From an uncultured delta proteobacterium (lineage in GTDB: Bacteria; Desulfobacterota; Binatia; UBA9968): a stretch of DNA of 64,000 bases. The notes under the pieces are model-generated. The model was not told where the DNA came from. It did no database searches and saw only the letters and a list, made by a program, of their open reading frames with translations. The position numbers and the translations under genes were made by a program. Position 1 is the stretch's first letter; every line of letters begins with the position of its first letter. Where the stretch lies: contig CAVUVW010000013.1 of NCBI GenBank assembly GCA_963745035.1, positions 1,408,001 through 1,472,000 of the forward strand, written 5' to 3'. This document shows positions 1 through 9,226 of this stretch, piece by piece.

Positions 1-2
1 TC

Positions 3-599
3 AACCTCGCTCTTGACGCGCTGCCCAACTTCACCGCGATGCCCGGCGAAGGTCCGCACCTCGCCGGCGCCATTTCGATTAGCCCGAGCTTGGACTACAT
101 CGAACGTGCCTACGACGACGCTAAGTTCGGCGATTATTCGCGCCGCCCATACATGGATATCATTCTGCCTTCGATGCTCGACCCATCCATGGCGCCGCCG
201 GGTAAGCACGTCATGTCGATCTTCGTGCAATACGCGCCGTATCATCTGAAAAGCGGCTCGTGGCCTGAAAAGCGCGAAGCACTGGGAGATACGGTCATCG
301 AGACGCTCAGCGAGTACGCGCCGAATCTAAAGGACATCATACTCCACCGCCAAGTCGTCACTCCCTGGGACCTCGAACAGGAATTCGGCCTTACCGAGGG
401 GAATATTTTTCAGGGCGAGTTGACCCTCGACCAACTTTTTTTTCTCCGGCCGGTACCAGGCTGGGCGAAGTACCGCACCCCCATCAAGAATCTTTACATG
501 TGCGGCGCCTGCACGCATCCAGGCGGCGGCGTGATGGCGGCCTCAGGACGGCTCGCGGCGCTGGAAATCCTCAAAGACATGAAATTGAGGCTAATGTAA
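3..599 (+). CDS. Phytoene desaturase-like NAD(P)/FAD oxidoreductase, 5'-truncated by the window edge
   Basis: Open frame from base 3 (NLALDALPNF...). Contains PSMLDPSMAPPGKH, TPWDLE..FGLTEGNIFQGEL and YRTPIKNLYMCGACTHPGGGV, typical of the family; paralogous to the next gene. Confidence 0.85.
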   Translation, partial: NLALDALPNFTAMPGEGPHLAGAISISPSLDYIERAYDDAKFGDYSRRPYMDIILPSMLDPSMAPPGKHVMSIFVQYAPYHLKSGSWPEKREALGDTVIETLSEYAPNLKDIILHRQVVTPWDLEQEFGLTEGNIFQGELTLDQLFFLRPVPGWAKYRTPIKNLYMCGACTHPGGGVMAASGRLAALEILKDMKLRLM

Positions 600-604
600 C
601 TGCT

Positions 605-2185
605 GTGGCAAACTACGACGCGATTATCGTCGGCGCCGGTCACAACGGTTTGGTCACCGCGGCGTATCTCGCCAAAGGCGGCAAGAAAGTTCTCGTCCTC
701 GAGCGCCGCTCGAATGTCGGCGGTATCGCCGCGACGGAAGAAATATTTTCCGGCTTCAAATATTCCACCTGCGCGCATCTCGCCGCATCGTTCGCCGGCG
801 AGATCGTCACCGATCTCGATCTCAGAAGGCACGGCTTCGAGCCGCTCGCCCTCGATCCCCTGATCTTTGCGCCGAGTCTGAACGGACAGGCGTTGACGAT
901 TCTCCGCGACCGCACCAAAGCCGCAGCGGAGATCGCCCGCCACTCCAAGGCAGACGCCGACGAGTACAACGCTTTCTGCGCTCTCGCGAAAAATCTCTCT
1001 GGGTTTCTCCGAACTCTTTATGGCATGCCGCTGCCGAACAAAGCCAACCACGAGAGCTTCAACCTCGCCGATCTTGTGAAGATCGGCTGGAAGTTTCACC
1101 GCCTCGGTGAAAAAGAGATGTACGAGTTTCTCCGCATTCTGCCAATGAGCAGCGCCGATCTGCTGAACGAATGGTTCGAGAACGATCTCCTCAAAGCGGC
1201 GCTGGCTGCAAGCGGCATGCTCGCGTCTTTCGTCGGACCGCGCCAACAGGGGACTGCGTTCAACATGCTGCACCACCAGCTCGGCGAATCCAATGGCGCG
1301 CTCCGCACGGCAGGCTTTGTCCGCGGTGGCATCGGCAATCTCTCTGAAGCGCTTGCCCGCGCCGCGCGGCAGTTCGGCGCTGAGATCCGCATGCAGGCCG
1401 AAGTCGCCAAGATCGCCACCAAAAATGGCGGCGCGACCGGCGTGATTTTGGGTAACGGCGATGAAATCGATGCTGCTCAGGTGATTTCGAGCGCCGATGT
1501 GAAGCAAACCTTTCTGAAGCTCGTCGAGCCTACCTATCTCGATCCGCATTTCTTGCTGCAAGTGAAAAACATTCGCTCGCGCGGCACCGTGGCAAAGATC
1601 AATTTAGCGCTCGATACCCTGCCGAAATTTTCTGACGATCCGGCGGCGTTGGGCGGCATCATTCACATCGGCCCGAGTCTCGATTACCTGGAGCACGCCG
1701 CCGATGATGCCAAGTACGGACGATTTTCCCGGCAGGCGTTTCTGGAAATCACTATTCCGTCAATCGCCGATCCGTCTCCCGCTCGAGCGGGAAAACACGT
1801 GATGTCGGTCTGGATGCAGTCCGCACCTTACAAGCTTCAGGAAGGTCATTGGCACGAAAAGCGAGAGGCGCTCGGCGATGCGGTTGTTGACTTGATCGAG
1901 AATTACGCGCCCGGCTTCAAGAGCTCGATTCTTCACCGCCAGGTGTTGACGCCGCTCGACCTGGAAGAAAGCTATGGCGTTACCGGCGGGCACATCTATC
2001 ACGCGGAAATGGCGCTGGATCAGATTCTCTTTATGCGGCCGGTTCCAGGTTGGTCCCGTTACCGCACGCCCATCGAAAATTTGTTTCTCTGCGGCTCGGG
2101 AACGCATCCCGGCGGCGGTATCACGGGCCTTCCCGGCTACTACGCCGCGAAGGAAATGCTCAGGAAACGCCGGCGCAACAAGTAG
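605..2185 (+). CDS. Phytoene desaturase-like FAD-dependent oxidoreductase
   Basis: GTG at 605 in frame with ORF 500..2185; N-terminal YDAIIVGAGHNGLVTAAYLAK dinucleotide-binding motif; C-terminal LFLCGSGTHPGGG. Confidence 0.88.
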   Translation: MANYDAIIVGAGHNGLVTAAYLAKGGKKVLVLERRSNVGGIAATEEIFSGFKYSTCAHLAASFAGEIVTDLDLRRHGFEPLALDPLIFAPSLNGQALTILRDRTKAAAEIARHSKADADEYNAFCALAKNLSGFLRTLYGMPLPNKANHESFNLADLVKIGWKFHRLGEKEMYEFLRILPMSSADLLNEWFENDLLKAALAASGMLASFVGPRQQGTAFNMLHHQLGESNGALRTAGFVRGGIGNLSEALARAARQFGAEIRMQAEVAKIATKNGGATGVILGNGDEIDAAQVISSADVKQTFLKLVEPTYLDPHFLLQVKNIRSRGTVAKINLALDTLPKFSDDPAALGGIIHIGPSLDYLEHAADDAKYGRFSRQAFLEITIPSIADPSPARAGKHVMSVWMQSAPYKLQEGHWHEKREALGDAVVDLIENYAPGFKSSILHRQVLTPLDLEESYGVTGGHIYHAEMALDQILFMRPVPGWSRYRTPIENLFLCGSGTHPGGGITGLPGYYAAKEMLRKRRRNK

Positions 2186-2260
2186 CTTCCCGCCTTTGAA
2201 TTTCATCCGCTCCGTGGTAGACGAAAAATACTTCCCGAAGCTACCGAAAAGGCCGAAAGC

Positions 2261-3242
2261 ATGCGCATCTATCTAGGATTGTCAGAAAGCTCTCTGCCCC
2301 ATCAAACGAGAATTTTCGCCGAGATCGACGGGAAGCTCCTCGATTTGAACGTGGCGTACGCGCGGTGTTTGACTCAGTCGGGCGACGCCGTGCGCGCCTA
2401 CGAGCGCGCCGCATTTTATTTTCCCGAAACTATCGCCGGCTTTTTTGAACGCGGCGGGCAGTCGCGCCAAGCTTTGGAGGAAGTCGTTTCATTCGTGCGA
2501 CAGGCCGGTCTCAGCGACCTGCGCGGCCCGGCCGGCGAGCGAACTGTGTTCGATCCGGCGGAGATCCGTCTACTGCCGCCGATACAAAATCCTGCAAAAA
2601 GTTTCGTCATCGGTTTTTCTGATAAGGCGCGGGTGGAGGCCATGCCCAAGGCGGAAATTCCCACGGGCTATTACAAACTGCCGCAGACTTTCATCTCCAA
2701 CGGCTCGCCGATCATCTGGCCAAAATTTTCCGACGAAGTTGACGCCGATGCTTGCCTAGCGCTCGTGATCGGCAAAGCCGGCAAGAGAATCGACCCGGTA
2801 GAGGCCTGGGACCACATTGCCGGCGTCACCTTGCTCATCGACATCACCGCGCGCGACATCAACCGGCGCGAGGGGCTCACCACCAACAACCTTCTCGGCA
2901 AGAACTTTCCGTCGAGCACTTCTCTGGGGCCGGCGCTGCTTCTACACCCTACGCGAAAAGAGTTGGAAGACGCTGGAGGTCGAGCTGGCGGTTGACGGCG
3001 ATATCCGGCAAAAATTCGCTCTGCGCAATTGCGTTTTTACCATCGAGCAGATCGTTGCCCGCTGGTCGATTCTTGGGATCAAGCCGGGCGATTTTCTCGC
3101 CATCGGCGCCAGCATGGCCCTCCAGGGCGACAGACTGCAAAACCCTGTGCCCCTCAAGATCGGTTCGACCCTGCGCTGCTCGTCGCCGACTATCGGCGAG
3201 CTGTCGCATCGAGTGATTGCCGCGGGAGGATTGCGTCGATGA
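2261..3242 (+). CDS. Fumarylacetoacetate hydrolase (FAH) family protein, degenerate active site, frameshift near 2965
   Basis: ORF 2261..2995 (RLLPPI..P, IDITARD, GKNFP..TSLGP) continues in ORF 2817..3242 (LEVELAVDG..RQ, IKPGDFL). Stop overlaps the next start (ATGA). Confidence 0.8.
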
Positions 3243-4192
3243 AGCTCGTCACCTATCTCGATCAACGCCGGGAGCGGATCGGCGCCGTCGACAACGCCGG
3301 CCGTCTCGTTGATTTGCATCGGGCTTACGCATCTTACCTGCGCGATGTGGAAACCAATCCGTCCGCCGATGAACTGGCGCGGTTTACCCTCGGCCGTGAC
3401 ATGGTCGAGTTCTTAAAGCGCGGTGAGAAAGCTTTGGATGGAGCACGCAAAGCTCTCTCTTATTTGGAAGGCCATCCGAACAGCGCGGCTGACGCCATCC
3501 TCGATTCGAAACAAATCCGGCTCATGGCGCCCGTACCCCGGCCGGGCGCTCTCGTTTCGGCGGGAAAGAATTTTTCCGATCACGTGGCCGAAATGGCATC
3601 GAAGAAAGGCCCGAGCTCGCCAGTGGCTTTCCTCAAGCTTCCCGGCACGGTGATCGGGCCCGAAGACGACATTCCCCATCCGCCGGAAGTGAAAAACCTC
3701 GATTATGAAGTCGAGCTCGCCATCGTTATCGGCAAGCCCTGCGTCGACGTGAGCGAGGACGAAGCGCTGGATTACGTGGCGGGTTATTCGGCATTCAACG
3801 ACATCAGCGCCCGCGATGTGATTCGCGGCGAGAACAAGACCGGCATCCATCTCATGGGCAAGAGCTTCCCGGGCTTCGCCCCGATGGGTCCTTATCTCGT
3901 CACCGCCGACGAGATTCCCGATCCTCAGAATTTGAAATTGAAACTGTCGGTCAACGGCGAGACCCGCCAGGACTCGAACTTGAGCTTCATGATTTTCAAG
4001 ATCCGCGAGATGATCGCCTATTGGTCGCAGATGGGGCTCAATCCCGGCGACGTGCTGACAACGGGCACGCCGCGCGGCGTTGCCGCCGGAAGAAAGCCGG
4101 ACCAGGTACCCTGGTGGCTCAAGCCGGGCGATGTGGTCGAAGCCGAAGTCGAGAAAATCGGCCGGCTACGTAATCGCATCGTTGCGGAATGA
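3239..4192 (+). CDS. FAH family hydrolase/decarboxylase
   Basis: ATG at 3239; canonical GKNF..H, LDYEVELAIVIG, FNDISARD, GKSFPGFAPMGP, PGDVLTTGTP. Confidence 0.93.
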   Translation: MKLVTYLDQRRERIGAVDNAGRLVDLHRAYASYLRDVETNPSADELARFTLGRDMVEFLKRGEKALDGARKALSYLEGHPNSAADAILDSKQIRLMAPVPRPGALVSAGKNFSDHVAEMASKKGPSSPVAFLKLPGTVIGPEDDIPHPPEVKNLDYEVELAIVIGKPCVDVSEDEALDYVAGYSAFNDISARDVIRGENKTGIHLMGKSFPGFAPMGPYLVTADEIPDPQNLKLKLSVNGETRQDSNLSFMIFKIREMIAYWSQMGLNPGDVLTTGTPRGVAAGRKPDQVPWWLKPGDVVEAEVEKIGRLRNRIVAE

Positions 4193-4226
4193 TCGCGCCG
4201 CAAGTTCACGTGAAGGAGAAAACCGC

Positions 4227-5099
4227 ATGTCGGACAATGTTAAACCTGTCGTCCAACCTACCGGCCTTATCCATGGCCACAGCGAATGCCGCTATCTCGA
4301 TGAGACGATTCCAGTCCTAACGCGAGTCCTGGCGTTGGATCTGATCGAGCGAAAAGACGGCCAGGCCGTGCTTAAGCACCCCAACACCGGCTGGAAGCTC
4401 ATCCTCCACGAGGGCGGCGCCGAGGTAAAAGACAAGCCCGAGCGCAATCACTACGGCGTGCGCGTTTCCAACAATGAGGAAGTCGACAACGCCTACCGGT
4501 ATCTCCTCGCCAACAAGGAAAAACTCGGACTTAAGAAAGTCGTCAAGCGCAAGGAGCGTGACGGTTCTTACTCGATGTTCTTCGTCGAGCCGGGCGGCAA
4601 TTATTGGGAGATTGAGTCCTACGAGAACCGCCACAAAGCCGGCTTGCCGGAACACGTCTCATATCCGTGGATAATCAAACTGACTGAGGAAAGGCTCCCC
4701 GGCTGCGGCTACATCCCGCAAGCGATGACTCACGGCACCATGGAATGCACGACTCTTGCGGCTTCGGTCAAATTCTATAAAGAAGGCCTCGGCCTCGACG
4801 TGATCACTCACGTGCCGACCGTAAGGCCCCACGACATCAAGCATCCGTCAACGCCCTGGTATGTGGTGAGCCTCGAAGTGCCGCCCAAGAACAAGCATTA
4901 TCTAACGCCGCTCCAGCGCTACACCGTCGCGGTGGAATCGGCGACCGCGCTCGCTGAAGCGCACCGTGAGATGAGCGAGCGCCGCGAGGAGTTCGGCACG
5001 ACGTCCATAGAAGCCGTTAAAGATATACCTGAAGGGCAATCCTTTTTGATCTGCGACCTCGACCGCAACTGGTGGGAAATCGCCTGGATCAGCAATTGA
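4227..5099 (+). CDS. Two-domain VOC (glyoxalase/extradiol dioxygenase-fold) protein
   Basis: RBS GAAGGAG before ATG 4227; motifs HGHSEC, NHYGVRV, FFVEPGGNYWEI, THGTMEC, CDLDRNWWEI. Confidence 0.82.
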   Translation: MSDNVKPVVQPTGLIHGHSECRYLDETIPVLTRVLALDLIERKDGQAVLKHPNTGWKLILHEGGAEVKDKPERNHYGVRVSNNEEVDNAYRYLLANKEKLGLKKVVKRKERDGSYSMFFVEPGGNYWEIESYENRHKAGLPEHVSYPWIIKLTEERLPGCGYIPQAMTHGTMECTTLAASVKFYKEGLGLDVITHVPTVRPHDIKHPSTPWYVVSLEVPPKNKHYLTPLQRYTVAVESATALAEAHREMSERREEFGTTSIEAVKDIPEGQSFLICDLDRNWWEIAWISN

Positions 5100-5154
5100 G
5101 CGCCGCCGAGCCATCTCAATCACGACAATCAATCATTGACTGGAGATTAACCCA

Positions 5155-6015
5155 GTGAAACCAGCGATCGCATCCCTCGGCATCACCAAAGGCCACTACG
5201 AATGCAATTCCCTGGACGAAACGGTCCCGGTGCTTTCTCATTTATTGGGCCTCGAAGTGGTCGAACAGCGCGACAAACAGGCCACGATGAAACACCCGAA
5301 CACCGAATGGCTGCTCGTCGTTCACGAAAATGGGCCGGACGCTCCGGATAAACCCTTTCGCAACCACTACGGCGTGCGCGTAACGAATAACGAAGAAGTG
5401 GATCGGGCTTATCAATATTTGATGGCCAGAAAAGCCGAACTCGGCTTGAAGAAAGTCGTTATGCGCAACGAGCGCTCCGGCTCCTATTCGGTCTTCTTCG
5501 TCGAGCCCGGCGGCAATTATTGGGAGATCGAGTCTTATCAGCACCGCCACGAAGCGGGCTTGCCGTACGATGTTTCGTATCCTTGGACCAAGCAGATCAC
5601 CGAAAATCAATTCCCCGGCAGAGGCTATATTCCCCAGGCTTTCACCCACGGGACCATCGAATGCAACGACTGGCAATCGTCCGTCAAATTCTACACCGAC
5701 GCCTTGGGCATGGAGATGATCACCCACGTGACAACGCCCAAGCCGCACAACATCAAACATCCATCGAATCCATGGTATGTCGTTAGCCTCGAAGTTCCCG
5801 AGCGGAGCCGCAAATATCTCGGCCCGCTGCAGCGCTTCACCATCGCGGTCGAATCACCGGCCAAGCTCAGCGAAGCGCGCGCCGCACTGGAAACACGGCG
5901 TTCCGAATTCAACATCCAGGAAATCACCGGCATCGAACAGAGTGAAGCCGGCCAATCGTTCTTGCTTTGTGATCTCAATCGCAACTGGTGGGAGATCGAG
6001 TGCGCTCACGACTAA
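5155..6015 (+). CDS. Two-domain VOC protein, tandem paralogue of the preceding gene
   Basis: RBS GGAG, GTG start; shares NHYGVRV, FFVEPGGNYWEIESY, YIPQA.THGT.EC and HPS.PWYVVSLEVP with 4227..5099. Confidence 0.82.
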   Translation: MKPAIASLGITKGHYECNSLDETVPVLSHLLGLEVVEQRDKQATMKHPNTEWLLVVHENGPDAPDKPFRNHYGVRVTNNEEVDRAYQYLMARKAELGLKKVVMRNERSGSYSVFFVEPGGNYWEIESYQHRHEAGLPYDVSYPWTKQITENQFPGRGYIPQAFTHGTIECNDWQSSVKFYTDALGMEMITHVTTPKPHNIKHPSNPWYVVSLEVPERSRKYLGPLQRFTIAVESPAKLSEARAALETRRSEFNIQEITGIEQSEAGQSFLLCDLNRNWWEIECAHD

Positions 6016-6062
6016 CTGACCTGGCACACTAATTTGAAGCGAGCGTATTTTCCCAAACCACT

Positions 6063-6094
6063 ACTCCAATACTCCATCACTCCATGACTCCAAT
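6063..6094. repeat. Four tandem 8-bp units ACTCCA(AT/TC/TG/AT)
   Basis: ACTCCAAT ACTCCATC ACTCCATG ACTCCAAT read directly in the intergenic spacer. Confidence 0.85.
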
Positions 6095-6115
6095 CTCTCA
6101 CCGGAGGCCTCATCC

Positions 6116-6943
6116 ATGAACGTCAACGACCTCAACGTTAAGAAAACCGGCCTGCTCTTTTTCGACATGCTGAACGTTTACTATCTCGGCGCTTCGGCTG
6201 AGGCGCAGAAGCGAATGAAGCCGGTAGTCGAAAACGCCGTGCGACTCATGGAAGCTGCGCGCAAGATATCGATGCCGATCTACTACGCCATGGCCAACCA
6301 CCGCCCCGACGGCGAGAGCCGCAGCATGATCGTCACCGACACGGACATGCGGCTTCGGCCCTGGCCGGGCGGCGAGTGCAACCCGACCGTTCACGGCGCC
6401 GTCGAAGGCAGTTGGGAGCAAGGGGTGATCGAAGAAATCGCCCCGCGCCCCGAGGATTACATCATTCCCAAATACCGCTGGAGCACGTTTCACCAGACCT
6501 ATTTCGACCTTGCGCTCCGCTCGCGCGGCATCGACACGATCATCATTTCCGGGGGCGCCGTCGATGTCGGTGTCGCTTCGACCGTCTACTCAGCGCGTGA
6601 TCATGACTACAATATCATCATAGTGCGCGACGCGTGCAGCAACTCCCATGAAGACTCCCTCGCGGCGTTCATGAACACCGTCTTTCCGCGCATGGCGCGG
6701 GTAAGAACCACGGACCAGGTCCTGGAAATGATTCAGAAAGCCGCAGCATCCGCAAAGGCAGTAGCAAGGCAGAATACCGAGCCCGATTGCACAGCGAGGA
6801 GGCCGCTTGCTGTCACCCGCCGTCCTGTCGATTGTGTATCGTTTCCATTCACGAGCACACAGCATCGTCCGAGCTTCTTTGCCAATTCTGAGATTGACTT
6901 TAGGCCTTCCAAGGAGGGGCTAGCTCCAGCTAATTCGATTTGA
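6116..6943 (+). CDS. Isochorismatase/cysteine hydrolase family protein; true end probably near 6765
   Basis: RBS GGAGG; LLFFDMLN, PKYRWSTF, GIDTIIISG...VAST, VRDACS. Recognisable homology ends near aa 210. Confidence 0.85.
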   Translation: MNVNDLNVKKTGLLFFDMLNVYYLGASAEAQKRMKPVVENAVRLMEAARKISMPIYYAMANHRPDGESRSMIVTDTDMRLRPWPGGECNPTVHGAVEGSWEQGVIEEIAPRPEDYIIPKYRWSTFHQTYFDLALRSRGIDTIIISGGAVDVGVASTVYSARDHDYNIIIVRDACSNSHEDSLAAFMNTVFPRMARVRTTDQVLEMIQKAAASAKAVARQNTEPDCTARRPLAVTRRPVDCVSFPFTSTQHRPSFFANSEIDFRPSKEGLAPANSI

Positions 6944-6966
6944 TAATAGGTTTTCGGGCTTGGCCT

Positions 6967-8333
6967 ATGCCAAAAGTCTTAGTCATTGAGAAGAAGCCCG
7001 CGATTCAAGCCCTGCTGCGGAGCGATTCGTCGGAGAGTCCATTGCGGTCGAGCACGTCTGCAGCATCGATCAAGCCGCGGAGCATTTCATCGCGGCCAGA
7101 TATCATGTTCTCATCTGGGACGCCGTTAGTTCAAAGACCGAACAGTCCAAAGGCCTGGAGTTTCTGGACAGGCTCACCAAGAATTCAGCCCGCACCTACA
7201 TCATCGTCGTTACTGATCAATGGACAAGTCCCATCGGTCTTGATCGTCTGAGAGCCTACGCGCATCGAACGCTGACTCATCCCGTGCAGGGAGATGAGAT
7301 CCACGCTCTCGTGACTCAAGCGTTTCTTCAGCAAGCGTCCGGCGACGACGTTATCGGCAACAGTGAAACTTCGGTGCCTCTGGAATTTGAAGGCATGCTG
7401 GGCGTCAGCCTGCCCATGCAAGAGGTTTTTAAGAGGATCGTTGAAGCGGCGTCTGAGGACATTTCCGTGTTGATTACCGGAGAAACCGGCACGGGCAAGG
7501 ACATGGTCGCGTCGGCCATTCACAGGCGCAGCAGACGCAGTAACGGTCCCTACGTCGCGGTCAACACCGGAGCGATTTCGTCCGAGTTGATCGCCAGCGA
7601 ACTCTTCGGGCGCGAGAAAGGCGCATACACGGGCGCGGTTGAATCCGCCAAAGGGCATTTCGAGCAAGCTCACGGCGGCACGATCTTCCTCGATGAGATC
7701 AGCACCATCAACGAGAAAGCCCAGGTGAGTCTCCTGAGAGTTTTGGAGACGAAAACCTTCCGCCGGGTCGGCGGCGAGAAGGACATTTGCGCCAACGTTC
7801 GCGTCATCGCGGCAACCAATGAACACCTGGAAGAGGCCGTGAGACAAAAGAGATTTCGCGAGGATCTTTTTTATCGTCTTGATGTGTTTCGTATTCACGT
7901 GCCGCCTCTGCGCGAGCGCCCAGGCGGCGTGGCGCTTCTGACCAACCATTTCGTGCCTCATTTCAATGCGATCTATAAAAAGAACGTGCGCGCGATCGCC
8001 AAAGAAACCTGGGCTTGCCTGCGAAATTATCCCTGGCCCGGCAATGTGCGCGAGCTAAAAAATGTCATCCAGCGCGCCGTCCTCATGGCTCGAGGGCAAG
8101 AGCTGACTCCGGACTTGCTCCCTTTAAGAATGCGCACCTTGAGTAGCAGCCAAAGAACAGCCGCAGATCAACCCGGCCCGATCCACGTAGGCATGACTCT
8201 CGATAGCGTCGAGCGCGAATTTATCTTGATGACTTTGACCGCAACCCAAGGCAACAAAAAAGAGGCGGCCCAACAACTCGGAATCAGCCGCCGTGCTCTC
8301 TATGACAAACTCAGGAAGCACGGGCTATTGTGA
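6967..8333 (+). CDS. Sigma54-dependent Fis-family transcriptional activator (REC-like + AAA+ + HTH), frameshift near 7019
   Basis: ITGETGTGKD, GAYTGA, FLDEI, FREDLFYRL, WPGNVREL and C-terminal GNKKEAAQQLGISRRALYDKL. The frame of ORF 7284 is open back to 7020 (..YHVLIWD..YIIVVTD..LTHPV) and joins MPKVLVIE at 6967. Confidence 0.9.
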
Positions 8334-8421
8334 CGCGCAACACGCAATCGCTTTCCTTTCCCCGTTTCGCCCTTCGTTCGACGTTTCATCGTGTAAAGTA
8401 TTCGTATCCGCGCCGCGCGGC

Positions 8422-8440
8422 GTGTAATTTATTTGCACAC
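8422..8440. promoter_or_regulatory. Candidate upstream activator site for a sigma54 activator
   Basis: Imperfect palindrome GTGTAATTTATTTGCACAC about 90-110 bp upstream of the -24 box; a second GTGTAA half-site lies at 8391. Confidence 0.5.
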
Positions 8441-8528
8441 GGAAACGGGCTTCGTTTCAACCCGCCGCTGAAAGCATATCCTTTGCAAGCCGAGGTCTTA
8501 GCGCGTCTCTCCCGAACGCGCATCAATG

Positions 8529-8545
8529 CTGGCACTTTGCTTGCT
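8529..8545 (+). promoter_or_regulatory. Sigma54 (-24/-12) promoter
   Basis: CTGGCACTTTGCTTGCT has GG-N10-GC and matches TGGCAC-N5-TTGCW; lies directly downstream of a sigma54 activator gene. Confidence 0.82.
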
Positions 8546-8652
8546 CTCTCCGCCGTTCCAAGGCGGCCTCTGCTGAACATTCATTAGCTTCTCCGAAACG
8601 GCCTGCGCTTGTAACTTGGAAGCGAAACGTTTCAGACCCGGAGCGATTCGCG

Positions 8653-9054
8653 GTGCTTGTCTCGAACTTTAGCTTGCCCCGCCGGCTCGGTAAGACCTTG
8701 CTCGTTTGTTCGCGCCGTTGTGCGGAAGTGGAAAGTCAACTCGCCCATGTCGGCTGCCGATTGAAAAGGGTCCGCGATGGCAACAAAGCGCTGCGAACCA
8801 TCCGCCACGAAACATTCGACACCGCCATTTTACTTTCGACAGGCAAACAAATGGACTTGGTCGAAACGATATTGAACCTGCGGGATATCCGACCATCGAT
8901 GCCGGTGATTGTTCTGATTGACCCGGCATCCTCGGAGCCAACCGACAGCGCACAGGCGGTCATTGCGCGCGCCATTCCGGAAGTGCCGATTTATACTCTG
9001 AGCGAGTTCCGAACGGAGTTGGATGCCACCAGCAGAGGCCGAGTAGTTCTTTGA
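8653..9054 (+). CDS. Stand-alone receiver-like protein lacking the phosphoacceptor Asp
   Basis: VRDGNKALRTIRHETFDTAILLS...MDLVETILNLRDIRPSMPVIVL follows the REC pattern; lies downstream of the sigma54 promoter. Start uncertain. Confidence 0.6.
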   Translation: MLVSNFSLPRRLGKTLLVCSRRCAEVESQLAHVGCRLKRVRDGNKALRTIRHETFDTAILLSTGKQMDLVETILNLRDIRPSMPVIVLIDPASSEPTDSAQAVIARAIPEVPIYTLSEFRTELDATSRGRVVL

Positions 9055-9226
9055 GATACTTCGCTCCAAAGATTGACAGGACCGCAGCCCAATTTCCCGG
9101 CTCCGGGGAATCGAACGAGAATCGGCTTGACCAAGGAACGCGAACATTTGACGGCCGCTCAAACGCGTGCGAGCGGCGTACGTCTCAGTTAAATAAACCT
9201 CTCAACTGATCCGCCAGGAGGAAACA

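Noticed and set aside
3-2185. Carotenoid biosynthesis (crtI)
   Set aside because: No crtB/crtE/crtY in the window; neighbours are catabolic enzymes.
6021-6037. Second sigma54 promoter (CTGGCACACTAATTTGA)
   Set aside because: The -24 element matches but there is no GC at -12.
6765-6943. Novel C-terminal extension on the isochorismatase
   Set aside because: No recognisable features, and an out-of-frame TAG at 6762 sits where the family normally ends; likely read-through from an indel.
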